The notes below the pieces were generated by a model. It was not told the origin of the DNA. It worked only from the letters and a program-made list of their open reading frames with translations, and ran no database searches. Source: Alphaproteobacteria bacterium (GTDB taxonomy: Bacteria > Pseudomonadota > Alphaproteobacteria > G965222575). Taken from it: DNA of 64,000 nucleotides. The DNA lies in assembly GCA_965222575.1 (NCBI GenBank), contig OZ244958.1:320001-384000 (forward strand). Reading direction: 5' to 3'. Positions 28,298-39,300 of this stretch are shown here, one piece after another (position 1 is the first letter of the stretch; each line of letters opens with the position of its first letter). Both the position numbers and the translations under genes were made by a program.

Positions 28298-29068
28298 ATG
28301 TCTACATTAGTAGGAATTTTCATAAGTTATCAAGGGCTATTCCCAGCAGCTCTGCTTCATGAAGCAGTAGACAAGGGAGATATCAGGGAGGTTCAAACAC
28401 TTTTAGAACGTGGTGTTGATATTGATGCCAAGAATGAGGAGGGCTGGGCAGCTCTCCATTTAGTGGTGTTGGGGGAGGATGTGAAGATGGCGCAGTTGTT
28501 GATAGAGCAGGGAGCTTCTCTTGAGATAGCCGCTACTAGTCATGGACAAACACCACTACATATGGCTGTGCTAAGAGGGCGTGAGGAGATGATGCGCTTG
28601 CTGATAGAAGCTGGCGTAGAGGTGGACAAGGGGGATGCCACAGGGTGTACTCCGTTGTATTATGGAGTGGATCAACCCCTAGGGGAAGGGTGGACTTCCA
28701 TCAGTGATTTGGTCACTTTACTGCAGGCAGGGGCTTCTATCAATGCGCAAAATCTAGGCGGTAACACCCCGCTTCACGGAGCAACCTATCAGGGGGATTT
28801 AGAAGTTGTTGCCTTTCTGATAAAAAATGGAGCCTCTGTGAGCATCAGGAACAAGAAAGGAGAGACTCCTCTCTATAACGCTGTGTATCAAGGAGATATC
28901 AACATGGTGAAAGCACTCATCAAGGCGGGGGCTAGGATTGATGTGAAGAACAAAGCAGGAATCACCCCCCTTGTGTTAGCACAAAAGCTACTGGCAAAAC
29001 GAACAATTGATTGGGAGAAAAAGCATTACCAAGACATGATACCGTTTTTAGAAGGCAACAAAGAATAG
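28298..29068 (+). CDS. Ankyrin-repeat protein (about 6 repeats)
   Basis: GWAALH, GQTPLH, GCTPLY, GNTPLH, GETPLY and GITPL repeats. Confidence 0.95.
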   Translation: MSTLVGIFISYQGLFPAALLHEAVDKGDIREVQTLLERGVDIDAKNEEGWAALHLVVLGEDVKMAQLLIEQGASLEIAATSHGQTPLHMAVLRGREEMMRLLIEAGVEVDKGDATGCTPLYYGVDQPLGEGWTSISDLVTLLQAGASINAQNLGGNTPLHGATYQGDLEVVAFLIKNGASVSIRNKKGETPLYNAVYQGDINMVKALIKAGARIDVKNKAGITPLVLAQKLLAKRTIDWEKKHYQDMIPFLEGNKE

Positions 29069-29141
29069 GGAGTTATCCCTTTTTTATCTTCTCACCGCTA
29101 TTTTATAGGGTATGTAATGTCTTCAAGCCGAGAGATTAGAG

Positions 29142-30164
29142 ATGCATTTTTCGTCCAAGATTTTTGACTCTAAAGGAAAAATCAATCAACCTGTTCAACT
29201 AGATGTTGCTAAGAATAGACTGGTTCTAAAAGGAGGCAGGTTCAAGAGATGGATACAGCGTATCAAAAGCCCTTTTGTGAAGAAATTGAAGAACATGAAT
29301 GAATATCAACAACAAGTCGTTGCCTTTTCTGTTTTTCGGGCGTTACAAGATTATAAGACGCAGTTTCCCCCCCCGCAAAGTTTAGAGGTTCAGAATCAGA
29401 ATAAAGCATTAGCCCCCCCGCCTGATACACTCAAAGCGCTTGCCAAAAGTGAGGGGTGGTTGCAAAATGGTGTACTAGAAGAAGGCATGCTCAAAGAAAC
29501 CATCACAAGAGGATTTACGCCCCAAGAGGTAACACTAAAGGAAGGGTTACAGCAACGGGTATTTCCAGATGCCATCTTTCACCATCAGGGGTTTGATAAT
29601 ATCAAGGAGGCACTTTTTGAGTCTCCGGAAGCCTTTTTAGATGGCGAGTTTCTCAAGAAAGCCTTTGATGTGATTAAGCATCCCGCAGACCAAGACAAAG
29701 TAAGGGCATACAATAAGGAATTAATCCGCCGCGTTTTTCCTTGTGAGAAATTCACAAGCATTCTAAAGTCCAGGAAATTAGATATTCACGAGGGGGTTTT
29801 TCAACAATGGGGTCTTGAAAAGAAATTACAGGATTTTGAAAAGCACCTAGAGAACACACTCCCAGAAGTCTGCCATAGCCCCCAAGAATACTCTTCCTAT
29901 AGAAAGTTTTTGCTCTCTGAGTACGAGGGATTTCTTGACGCCGCGCTAGGGAGTATGAAGAAGGCAGGATTGACACTTCCTAAGAGTGAAAAGCCCTTTG
30001 AAAACTCCAGCACCTTGCCGCCCATGACCACCCCTTTTCCTCTTAGAGGAAAGAATCAAAAGGGTGTCCCCTCGCCTTTTTTTGCCAAGCAGGCACAAGG
30101 AAATCCTGTAGCACTGGAAGAAATACCCCTCCTACCCCTAAGGAATTCAAGGCACAAAGGTTGA
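29142..30164 (+). CDS. Hypothetical protein; candidate effector
   Basis: 340-aa ORF with Pro-rich patches and no recognisable family. Confidence 0.6.
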   Translation: MHFSSKIFDSKGKINQPVQLDVAKNRLVLKGGRFKRWIQRIKSPFVKKLKNMNEYQQQVVAFSVFRALQDYKTQFPPPQSLEVQNQNKALAPPPDTLKALAKSEGWLQNGVLEEGMLKETITRGFTPQEVTLKEGLQQRVFPDAIFHHQGFDNIKEALFESPEAFLDGEFLKKAFDVIKHPADQDKVRAYNKELIRRVFPCEKFTSILKSRKLDIHEGVFQQWGLEKKLQDFEKHLENTLPEVCHSPQEYSSYRKFLLSEYEGFLDAALGSMKKAGLTLPKSEKPFENSSTLPPMTTPFPLRGKNQKGVPSPFFAKQAQGNPVALEEIPLLPLRNSRHKG

Positions 30165-30262
30165 CGAAAAATTCTGTAAATGAAAGGGTCTTGATAGGAA
30201 ATTTTACTTGATAAATTAAAAGATTTTTGTTAAACTTAAGAGCAATAATTGAGGGAATACTA

Positions 30263-33200
30263 ATGAGTCAGTGTAAAAGCTTGAAGAAAGGATTTTTTAT
30301 CTCACTTTGTGTGGCAGGGATTGGGGTAATGCTACAGGGTTGCGGCGGGGGTGGAGGCGGCGGAGGTGCAAGTGGGGGCGGAGGAGGCGGAGGGTCACCT
30401 TCACCACCTTCACCAACAGTGACCGAGGCTCAGGTCAACACTGTAGCGTCAACTGCTGCAACCGCAGTGGACGCTATTTTCAAGCTTAAGAAAGAAGTAA
30501 AGCCGTTCACTGAATCTATAGCTGTGACTTTAACCGATCCCGCTAGAGCCGCTCTCACTGCGGTGGAAGAAGCGAGAACGGCGGCAAAAGCCGCTCAAGC
30601 TAAGGCGCAGGAAGCGAAGAGTTTATTTGATGCAGACCCGACGCAAGCCAGTGTATTGGAGGCGATAAATGACGCAATAAGCTTAACATCTACCGCCCAA
30701 AAAGCCATTGAGAAAGCTGTTATTGCTCTTATTAACGTTGCTACACTAGCTCTCAAAGAAACAACTTTGACAACAGCAGCAAATGCAGTACTAGATAAGT
30801 ATTCGGAGCAAGCAACAACAGCAGTGGACAAAACGCTAACTGAATTGTTCAACACGGCAAAAGGAAAGGAAGAAGAGGCAGAGGAGAAAAAGCTTGATGC
30901 GTTAAGAGAACGGAATAATACGCAAAATGCGCTCACTGTCGCCGCCGCAAAGACCGCCAAAGGGAAGGCGAATAGAGCGTATGATGAAGCTCTAGATGCC
31001 GCCAATGCCGCTAAAGGTGCCGCCAATACCGCAAAACACCTCAAAACCTTCAATTCCGAAAAGGTCAAAGACATTCAAGACCTTGCCGATGAGGCTCTAC
31101 GTCATGCCAATAAGGCGAGCGAGTATGTCACTGAGGCTCTAAATGCCCTAAACACAAAAGGGCTTGAGGTGCTAGAGGAATATTTAGCAGCGGCACTGGA
31201 AGGAAGAAGGAAGGCTCTCGCCGCGTGGGAAGTGGTGAGAGATGCTCCCAATGATGATACTGCCGATTCTCTTGAAAGTTCCGCCGTTGACGCTGAAACT
31301 GCCGCCGCTGACGCTGACGCCGCTGCCAAAGCCGCTGACGCAAAATCCCTCGAAGAATTTGAGACTGCTGGACAGGTCCATGCCACTAAAGGAGCTGCCT
31401 CTGAGGCGAGAAGTTTTGCCCAGTCTGCTCGAAATGCCGTAACCAATCGAAGACAAAAAGAAACGCTAGATGGATATTTAAAAACGGCAGAGGACCAAAG
31501 AGACAAGGCACTGGAGCAAAAGGGGATTGCGGAAGACGAACGGGATTTGGCGCAAGCGGATGATGCTACTGCCGCTACTGCTCGAAGTGCCACCGTTGAG
31601 GCGAATACAGCCGCCGAAAAGGCGAATACAGCCGCCGGTAAGGCGAGAGATGCGGCTCGGGAAGCCACGAAAATCGACTCTGAAAGTCAGCAGGCGAAAG
31701 ACGCTTGGGCGGCGGCGGATTTTGCCACTGAATATGCAAATACAGCAGTAGAAGCTGTCAAAGCCGCCCAAATAGCTACTAATGCTGCCGTAGCAGCAAA
31801 GAATACAAATCTTTTGAGCTTAAAAAAAGTGGCAGAAGAGGGAAAAGCGGCCGCAGAAGCCGCGCTGGGTGAAGCGGAAACCGCACGGGATGCGGCGAAC
31901 GCTGCCACCACATACGCTACTAAGAAACCGCACGTCTCGGATGCGAGGGCGAAAGCCACAGAAGCTCGAGAGCTTGCTGCTCCCGCTGTTAAGGCTGGTC
32001 TTGATACAAGCGTATACACACAAAATACGCCGGCTGAGGCTGAGATAATTGTTGCTATTGTTTCGCTTGCTAATGCTGCTAATACTGCTGCTAATAATGC
32101 TAATACTGTTGCTAGTGACGCAGAAAGAACATTGGAGGCTAAAAAGACTTCCGAGCTAAATACCCATAAAACAACGGCACTGGCAGAAAGAGGCAAGGCA
32201 GAAAGGGCGAAAAATGACGCCTTAGGAGAGCAAGGGAAGGCGGACGCTGCTACCTTGTCCTCCGCCGCTCAAAAACCCGCCGCTGACGCTAAAACTGCTG
32301 CCTCTGACGCTAATACAGCCGCTTTAGCGGCGAGAGTGGCGTCTGATTTAGCCCAAGCCATCGACCCTGAAAGTCAGCAGGCCATTGATGCGGATACAGC
32401 GGCTGGATTGGCAGAGGGCTATGCTAGGGAAGCGAAAACCGCCTCTGGGCTTGCTGCTAGGGCTCTAAACTTTTTATTAACTAAAGACGCTAAAGACAAA
32501 GCAACACAATTGAAGAGATATTTAGCAACGGCACTGAAGCAAAAGGGGTTCGCGGAAGCCGCACAGGGTAGAGCGGAAGCCGCAAAAGAGGCGGCGGAAG
32601 CGCTTGATGCTACTGCCGCTACAGCGCGGGAACAAGCAGGCAAAGCGGCGGCGGAAATCCCTAAAGCGGAAGCTGCCGCTAGTTGGGCACATAAGGCTTC
32701 TGATGAAGCACAGAAACTCGCAGCCGTCAATGCTGGAGAGGCCGCAGATGCACTTACAGCGGCAAATGATGCAGATAAGGCGGTCGAAGCCACGAAAAAG
32801 GCAAGCACTGCCGCTCATAATGCCCTAAACACAAAAGGGACTGCGGAGCTAAGTACCCATAAAGCAACGGCACTGACGCAAAAGGGGTTGGCGGAAGCCG
32901 CACAGGGTAGAGCGGTAGCCGCAAAAGAGGCGGCGGAAGCGCTTGATGCTACTGCCGCTACAGCGCGGGAACAAGCAGGCAAAGCGGCGGCGGAAATCCC
33001 TATAGCGGAAGCTGCCGCTAGTTTGGCGCTTACGGCTTCTCATGCAGCACAGAAACTCAAAGACATTGATGCTGGAGAGGCCGCAGATGCACTTACAGCG
33101 TCAGCGGCAGCAGCGGCTGCGGTCAAAGCCACGAAAGAGGCAAGCACTGCCGCTAATACTGCCCTAAACACAAAAGGGACTGCGGAGCTAAATACCCATA

Positions 33201-34921
33201 AAGCAACGGCACTGGCGAAAAGGAATTTGGCGGAACAAGAGAAACAGGCGGCGATAGATGCTACCGATTCCGTTACTGCTGCCGATGCTGCCTCTAGGGC
33301 TAAGGCAGCCGCCGCTGCCGCTGCCACCGCTGCCACAGCCGCAGGCCTCCTCAGCGACTTTGATACTACTGGAAAGGTCGCTGACGCTCTAGGTTATGCC
33401 GATGCCGCTCAAGGTTATGCCGATGCCGCTCAAACTGCCGTAGACAATATAACACGGGAAGAAACGCTAGAGGGATTTTTAGCAGAGGCACTGAGGCAAA
33501 AGGGGTTGGCGGAAGACGAGCTAAATAAAGCAGAAAACGCACAAAGGTTGGCGGAAGCGGATGATGCTACTGCCGTTACAGTGCGGAAACAAGCAGGTGA
33601 AGCGAGGGGTTTCGCCGGTGACGCTACAACTGCTGCTGAAGCGGCGAGAAAGGCGTCTGATGACGCCATTGCCATTGACAAGAACAGTCAGAATACTAAG
33701 ACTCAAAAAACGACGGCGGCGGCTGATAGGGCAGAGGAATATGCTGATGAAGCAGGAGAAGTTGCTACTACTGTTGAGACTGCTGCTGCTGCCGCAGAAA
33801 AAGCTGTTGCTGATGCAGAAGCCGCGAAGAATCTACTGCTCAATGGCTATTTAATAGCGGCAAATAAAGGAAAAACGGACGCAGAAACCGCGGAGGGTGA
33901 AGCGAAAACCGCACGGGATGCGGCAAAGGATGCCACCAAAACACTTGCTGAGGCGAAAACGGAAGCAGGAAACGCGAGGGATGCTGCCACTAAGGCACAA
34001 AATGCTGCTACTCCCGCTCTTTCGGCTTCTCGTTTAGCTCTAGCCTACCTAGACCAGGGCAATACGAATACGCAGGAGCAGATTGATAAAATTCATGAGA
34101 TTGCTGCTGCTGCTACTGCTGCTGATACTGCTGCTAAGAATGCTAATACTGTTGCTAGTGAGGCAGAAAATGCAGTGGAGACTAGAGCGCTAGATACCCA
34201 TAAAGCAACGGCACTGGCAGAAAAAGAGAACGCAAGACTCGCTAAAGTTGCCGCCTTAGCAGAGCAAGTGAAGGCGGAAGCTGCTACCGATTCCGATACC
34301 GCTCAACAACCCGCCGATGACGCTATCGCAGCTCTCGGTAGGGCTGATACAGCCGCTTTAGCGGCGAGAAAGGCGTCTGATTTAGCCCAAGCCATCGACT
34401 CTAAAAGTCAGCAGGCCATTGATGCGGATACAGCGGCCACCAACGCCGAGGGATTTGCAGGTGAAGCGAAAACCGCCTCTGGGCTTGCTACTGCTGCTCT
34501 AAACTTTTTATTAAATAAAGAAGCAGGCACACAAGCAAAGCTATTGAAGGAATATTTAGCAACGGCACTGGAGCAAAAGGGGTTCGCGGAAGCCGCACAG
34601 GGTAGAGCGGAAGCCGCACGGGATAAGTTGGCGCAAGCGGATGATGCTACTGCCGCTACAGCGCGGGCTGAAGCAAAGAAAGCAGAGGCGGAAATCCTTG
34701 AGGCTGTAAAAGCCGCTAAAGCTGCGCGTGCCGCATCTAATGAAGCGCAGAAACTCAAATCCGTCAATGCTGGAGAGGCCGCAGATGCGGATACAGCGGC
34801 AGATGCTGCAGATACTGCGGTCACAGCCACTCAAGAGGCCTCTAGGCTTGCTACTGCCGCCATACAAAAGGCGGTGGATCGAGAAGAAGCAGCTATAGCC
34901 GCGGCGCTAGCTGATTTTTAG
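30263..34921 (+). CDS. Giant lipoprotein fragment 1: lipobox, poly-Gly linker and Ala-rich helical repeats
   Basis: RBS gaggg and ATG at 30263; signal ...IGVMLQG-C followed by GGGGGG; repeated L..YLATAL.QK modules; stops at a T5 run. Confidence 0.8.
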   Translation: MSQCKSLKKGFFISLCVAGIGVMLQGCGGGGGGGGASGGGGGGGSPSPPSPTVTEAQVNTVASTAATAVDAIFKLKKEVKPFTESIAVTLTDPARAALTAVEEARTAAKAAQAKAQEAKSLFDADPTQASVLEAINDAISLTSTAQKAIEKAVIALINVATLALKETTLTTAANAVLDKYSEQATTAVDKTLTELFNTAKGKEEEAEEKKLDALRERNNTQNALTVAAAKTAKGKANRAYDEALDAANAAKGAANTAKHLKTFNSEKVKDIQDLADEALRHANKASEYVTEALNALNTKGLEVLEEYLAAALEGRRKALAAWEVVRDAPNDDTADSLESSAVDAETAAADADAAAKAADAKSLEEFETAGQVHATKGAASEARSFAQSARNAVTNRRQKETLDGYLKTAEDQRDKALEQKGIAEDERDLAQADDATAATARSATVEANTAAEKANTAAGKARDAAREATKIDSESQQAKDAWAAADFATEYANTAVEAVKAAQIATNAAVAAKNTNLLSLKKVAEEGKAAAEAALGEAETARDAANAATTYATKKPHVSDARAKATEARELAAPAVKAGLDTSVYTQNTPAEAEIIVAIVSLANAANTAANNANTVASDAERTLEAKKTSELNTHKTTALAERGKAERAKNDALGEQGKADAATLSSAAQKPAADAKTAASDANTAALAARVASDLAQAIDPESQQAIDADTAAGLAEGYAREAKTASGLAARALNFLLTKDAKDKATQLKRYLATALKQKGFAEAAQGRAEAAKEAAEALDATAATAREQAGKAAAEIPKAEAAASWAHKASDEAQKLAAVNAGEAADALTAANDADKAVEATKKASTAAHNALNTKGTAELSTHKATALTQKGLAEAAQGRAVAAKEAAEALDATAATAREQAGKAAAEIPIAEAAASLALTASHAAQKLKDIDAGEAADALTASAAAAAAVKATKEASTAANTALNTKGTAELNTHKATALAKRNLAEQEKQAAIDATDSVTAADAASRAKAAAAAAATAATAAGLLSDFDTTGKVADALGYADAAQGYADAAQTAVDNITREETLEGFLAEALRQKGLAEDELNKAENAQRLAEADDATAVTVRKQAGEARGFAGDATTAAEAARKASDDAIAIDKNSQNTKTQKTTAAADRAEEYADEAGEVATTVETAAAAAEKAVADAEAAKNLLLNGYLIAANKGKTDAETAEGEAKTARDAAKDATKTLAEAKTEAGNARDAATKAQNAATPALSASRLALAYLDQGNTNTQEQIDKIHEIAAAATAADTAAKNANTVASEAENAVETRALDTHKATALAEKENARLAKVAALAEQVKAEAATDSDTAQQPADDAIAALGRADTAALAARKASDLAQAIDSKSQQAIDADTAATNAEGFAGEAKTASGLATAALNFLLNKEAGTQAKLLKEYLATALEQKGFAEAAQGRAEAARDKLAQADDATAATARAEAKKAEAEILEAVKAAKAARAASNEAQKLKSVNAGEAADADTAADAADTAVTATQEASRLATAAIQKAVDREEAAIAAALADF

Positions 34922-36385
34922 CAACGGTACAAGAGAAGGTAGCAGACGCAAGAGCTAAGGCAACGGAAGCAGACACTGCGCGGAAGGCAGCAGTAGCAGC
35001 TGTTACTGCTGGGGATATACCCAAAGCAAAGACTGAAGCAGGAAACGCGAGGACTGCTGCCACTGAGGCTGATCGCTTGGCTAGGTTGGCGGAAGCCGCA
35101 CATAAGGACGCAAAGCTCCTAAAATCAAAAGATGGGGCAACGCTTGAGGACATTAGAAAGTTAAAGAAGGCGGCAAGAAACGCAGCCGATACTGCTGCAG
35201 GCTATGCTCTTACTGCCGAAACAACAGCAAACAATGCAGAAACCGCTAAATTAAATTCACTTTTGGCTGATGGTAAATACACAACTAAAGGCGGCAAGAG
35301 ATGCTAAACGTGCTGTTGATAAAGCATGGACTGATGCACAAGGAACATCCGTTCACGCCACAGCCAAAGCCGCTCAAACTGATGCCAATGCTGCTTTTCA
35401 AGCTGCGAAAGATGCCGCATCTGCGGCGAATACGGCGTCTGGTGACGCACAAACACTCAACGACCAAGCCCCACAGGCGGTAGAGGCAAAGACTAAAGCT
35501 CAAGAGGTAGCAAATGTGCGGGATGAGATAGAAACGACAGCCGGTCTCGTTAGTGGTAGGGTCAACGATTTGGCAGGACAAACTGATGACGAAAAAGCGC
35601 TAAATGAATATTTAGAAACGGCACTTGCGGAACAGAAGAAGGCGGAAGACGCGCGGGATGACGCCACAGCGGCACGTTTAGAGACTCAAGCCGCTCAAAC
35701 AACTTTGGATGCTTTAAAGGCACAAACGGCTTTCGCCGAAATCATATTAGCGCAAGCGGCGGCGGAAGACGCCAAAAAAGCGGCGAACACGGCATATGAG
35801 GGTGCGAAAGCCCTCGACGAAAACGCACCGCAGACGACAGCCGCGTTGGCGGCGAAAGATGCCGCATATGCGGCGTGGCTTAAAGCGAACGCCGCTTACG
35901 ATACAGCAAACAAGGTGTATAAAAAACTTCAGGCTGGCGTTAAAAAAGCTGACAAAACAAAGGTAATAATAAGTGGTTGGGCCGCTGTTGCGAGAATACA
36001 GGCAAACAAAGCAATAGCGGCACAATTGATGGCGGAAGCGGCGCAAGAGGCGGCGGCAAAGGATGATGTTACTGCTGCTCAAGCCCGGGAACAAGCAGAG
36101 ATTGCGAGGGCTGCTGCAGAGGCTGCTAAAACTGCTGCTACGGCGGCGCGCACGGCGGCAAATACGGCGGACAGACTCAACAATGAAAATAGAAACGTTA
36201 ATGATTCAAAGGTCGCAGCTGCTCAAACTGCGGCTTCGGAGGCGGAAACAGCGCTCATTGCAGCAAATACGGCGGCGGCAGCAGCGAATCTAAGTGCAGT
36301 CGCTCTAGAAATCCCCGTGCGGGCAGGCAAACAACGCCCAGCTGGACTCAGACTACAACGACGCAAAAAACAAGAGGCAAGCTGA
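34921..36385 (+). pseudogene. Frameshifted middle fragments of the same Ala-rich protein
   Basis: Ala-rich frames are open over 34921-35307 and 35270-36385 and carry the same LNEYLETALAEQK module. Confidence 0.7.
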
Positions 36386-39300
36386 AAATGCCTTGGACGA
36401 AATCATAGACATTCTGTACGACATACAAACTACTCAAGACACCATAACAGCTACAGACATACAGACTAAGGCTGGGAACGCAAAACGCAAGGCTGGTACA
36501 ATCCGCGGTATAAGCAATGGCATAAACCATTATTTTCAGAAAGCAGAAGCTATAATAGACAATGAACGCAGAATGCCTGCCCCTTCGATACCTGATCCCC
36601 GTGGTGCAACAGAAACGAGAGATCCGGAGGTCCTCCACAGCCAAAACGTAAATACCGCCGAGTATATCATTGATTATGTGAATGACACGAAATGGCTAGC
36701 AAACAGAGCCGATATACTTGTTAATGAGATAGAAGCCATTGCCACTTACGCGGAAAATGCAGAGAAAGCATTTCCGGCGGGATTCACTAAGGATAAATTC
36801 ACTGTCTTCTCTTATGTGAAACCAAAATATAAAAGGAAAACGGGGAATGATGAGAGTTTCATTTACGTTTGGGGTCAGATATACTCGAACGAAGACTTTC
36901 CAGACATTAGTTACAACGTTTACCTTTGGGAGAATCTTAGAAAAAGAGGAGAACACACTGTTAAGGTGAAAACGTCTAAAATGATTTACTTAGGCTGGAG
37001 TAAGCCTTATCACCCGAAACCTGATTCTCATTGGGATAAAACAACCTGGTCTTCCCTAAGTAAGGATGAAGCGCAAGCCGTATACGATGAGCGCTATGAA
37101 AATGCTTTCCAACATATAGGCTATCGCTATAACGTAGAAATTTTTGATATGATTGGCGTAGCCCATGCCTATGCGCGCGGCATTACAGGCAAGGGAGTCG
37201 TGGTTGGCGTTTTAGATAGCCATTTTGTGGAAAAGTTAATGAAAGGGATGGTTGTCACCGATGATAGTTGGAATGACGTGAAGCTGCCATCTCTCGATAA
37301 AGACAGGGACTTTCATGGCACCATAGTCTCACGCATTATTGCTTCGGGAAAGACCCATTATAGCGGTAATACGGATGAAGATTTGGTGGCGAGTATGGTT
37401 GGGATATGGCCCCATGGCGTTGCTTATAACGCCAAAATTTTTCCTCTAGACACCAGTAGATATCATACAAGAGCAGTAGCAATTGGGAACTTTGGGGTGA
37501 CGACTTTGGAAAATGTTCCCATAGATGATATTCGAAAGGACGTCAATAGTGACTTCGCATTGTTTCACAAACACAAAAACGACATTGATATTGTGAATAT
37601 GAGTGTAGCGGATACTAAGAATCAGGAGAATAGTACATTGGAACAGCTCATTGAGTATTTCACCGATGAGGGAATCCTTGTGGTGAGTGCTCTTGGCAAT
37701 ACGAAGAGCACTAATCGAACACCGAGTACTCCTGCAGCAAGAGCTCATTTGCCAAAATTTAATGGACGATATATTGTTGTTGGCTCAGCGGATATAAGAG
37801 ATGCCTTTGTATGGCAAAAAGACCCCTCTTTAGAAGTAGAAAATTACGCGTTGCAGGTCGAGCGAGTCCATAGAACGAAATCAGCAGCCTCTTCTCGGTG
37901 GTGTCGCACTGCCAAAGACTTTTGCTTATTTGCACCTGTTGTCGTAGAGCCTCAAAGGATGGTGCATATTGCGGAAGTGGAGAGGACCAGGCGGAGCGGG
38001 CCGGATGCGGGTACTCCATCGTACTATGTAACCCCACGAAGCTCTTATGGGTTTTTCTCCAACCCGGGCCCGGGATTTGTTTGGCATCCACACACTGACG
38101 GAAGAAGTGTTGACCCAGACGGGTTTAAAAAATCATTAGATAGTGCTGGCGAGTATTATTATACTCATGCGGGCGGCTCTCTTGGCCAACTTGAAACGAA
38201 TAATCCCGCCCTTGGTACGTCTATGGCGACGCCAATGGTAGCTGGTGCTGCTGCGTTGCTGATGGAACGTTGGCCGAGTCTTGCACCAGAGGATATTGCC
38301 CAAGTCTTGCTTCAAACTGCCGATGATATAGGCGCACCGGGCGTTGATGAGGTTTTTGGGCATGGCTTACTGAATATCAGGCAGGCCTTAAGCTCTGTTG
38401 GTGTTGAGAAAGTAGCGGCTATTGGTAGCGTAAGCTCTAGCACTGCTAGCGCTGTGCCTATTACGCCAAAGCTTTCTTTCATTGTCCCATCGAGTTTAGG
38501 AGATGCTTTACACAATCAACCCTTAAGTATTACTGTACTGGATGACTTCAATAGGGATTTTTCTTATTCTCTTTACGGGGGCTTTTTAGGCTTTGCTCAG
38601 GTAAAATCCCTACAATTTTTTGTTCCTGCTGGGAAACAGGTAGCGACACGGCATACACTCTTTGGGGGACGGCTGAACTTGCATTTACAATATTGGCAAA
38701 CCCCCGGCTTAGATGTCCCGCTTCCGGATGAACTACAACAGATAATGGAGCAGAAATCTTCTGAAGAAGCGAAGCGCTCTTTGGGGCTTAGTTTCTCTTG
38801 GAGGGCTTCTGGGACTCTTTATCGTTTCGGTCTTGGCACAAAGGCAAAAGGAAAACCTTATATAGCAGGAGAAACTGTGTTAGGGCTTTATCATTCTATG
38901 CCACAAGAAACGCAGATAACGCCTAATTATTCCTTATCTGTCCAACGGTCAGTGAAGAATGTGGGGAATGTGACTCTTGGTCTCACCATGGCTAACAGGC
39001 AGTATGTTGAGCATTTTGACCAATCCTATTCACCGGGAGGGTATCGTCTTTATGTAGCGTACTCTCATTATCCTATTCAACTGGAGACGGGATATATTCA
39101 GGACTTCAGGAGTGTTGCAGGCATTACGGGACGGGAGTTATTAGATGTGGGACATGGGAAGACTTTGTATCTGAACTTGCAGACGTCTCTACATTTTCGT
39201 AGTGTCACTTTCTTGGGGAGTTATTATGTATCGCGGGCTGTGAGTGCGGAAGCAGACAGTGGTTGGTTTAAGAAACTAGAGGTGTTGAGCAGGAGTTTTG

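Noticed and set aside
30595-35153. Many antisense Ala/Ser-rich ORFs
   Set aside because: They are shadows of GCN-rich codons in the giant lipoprotein.
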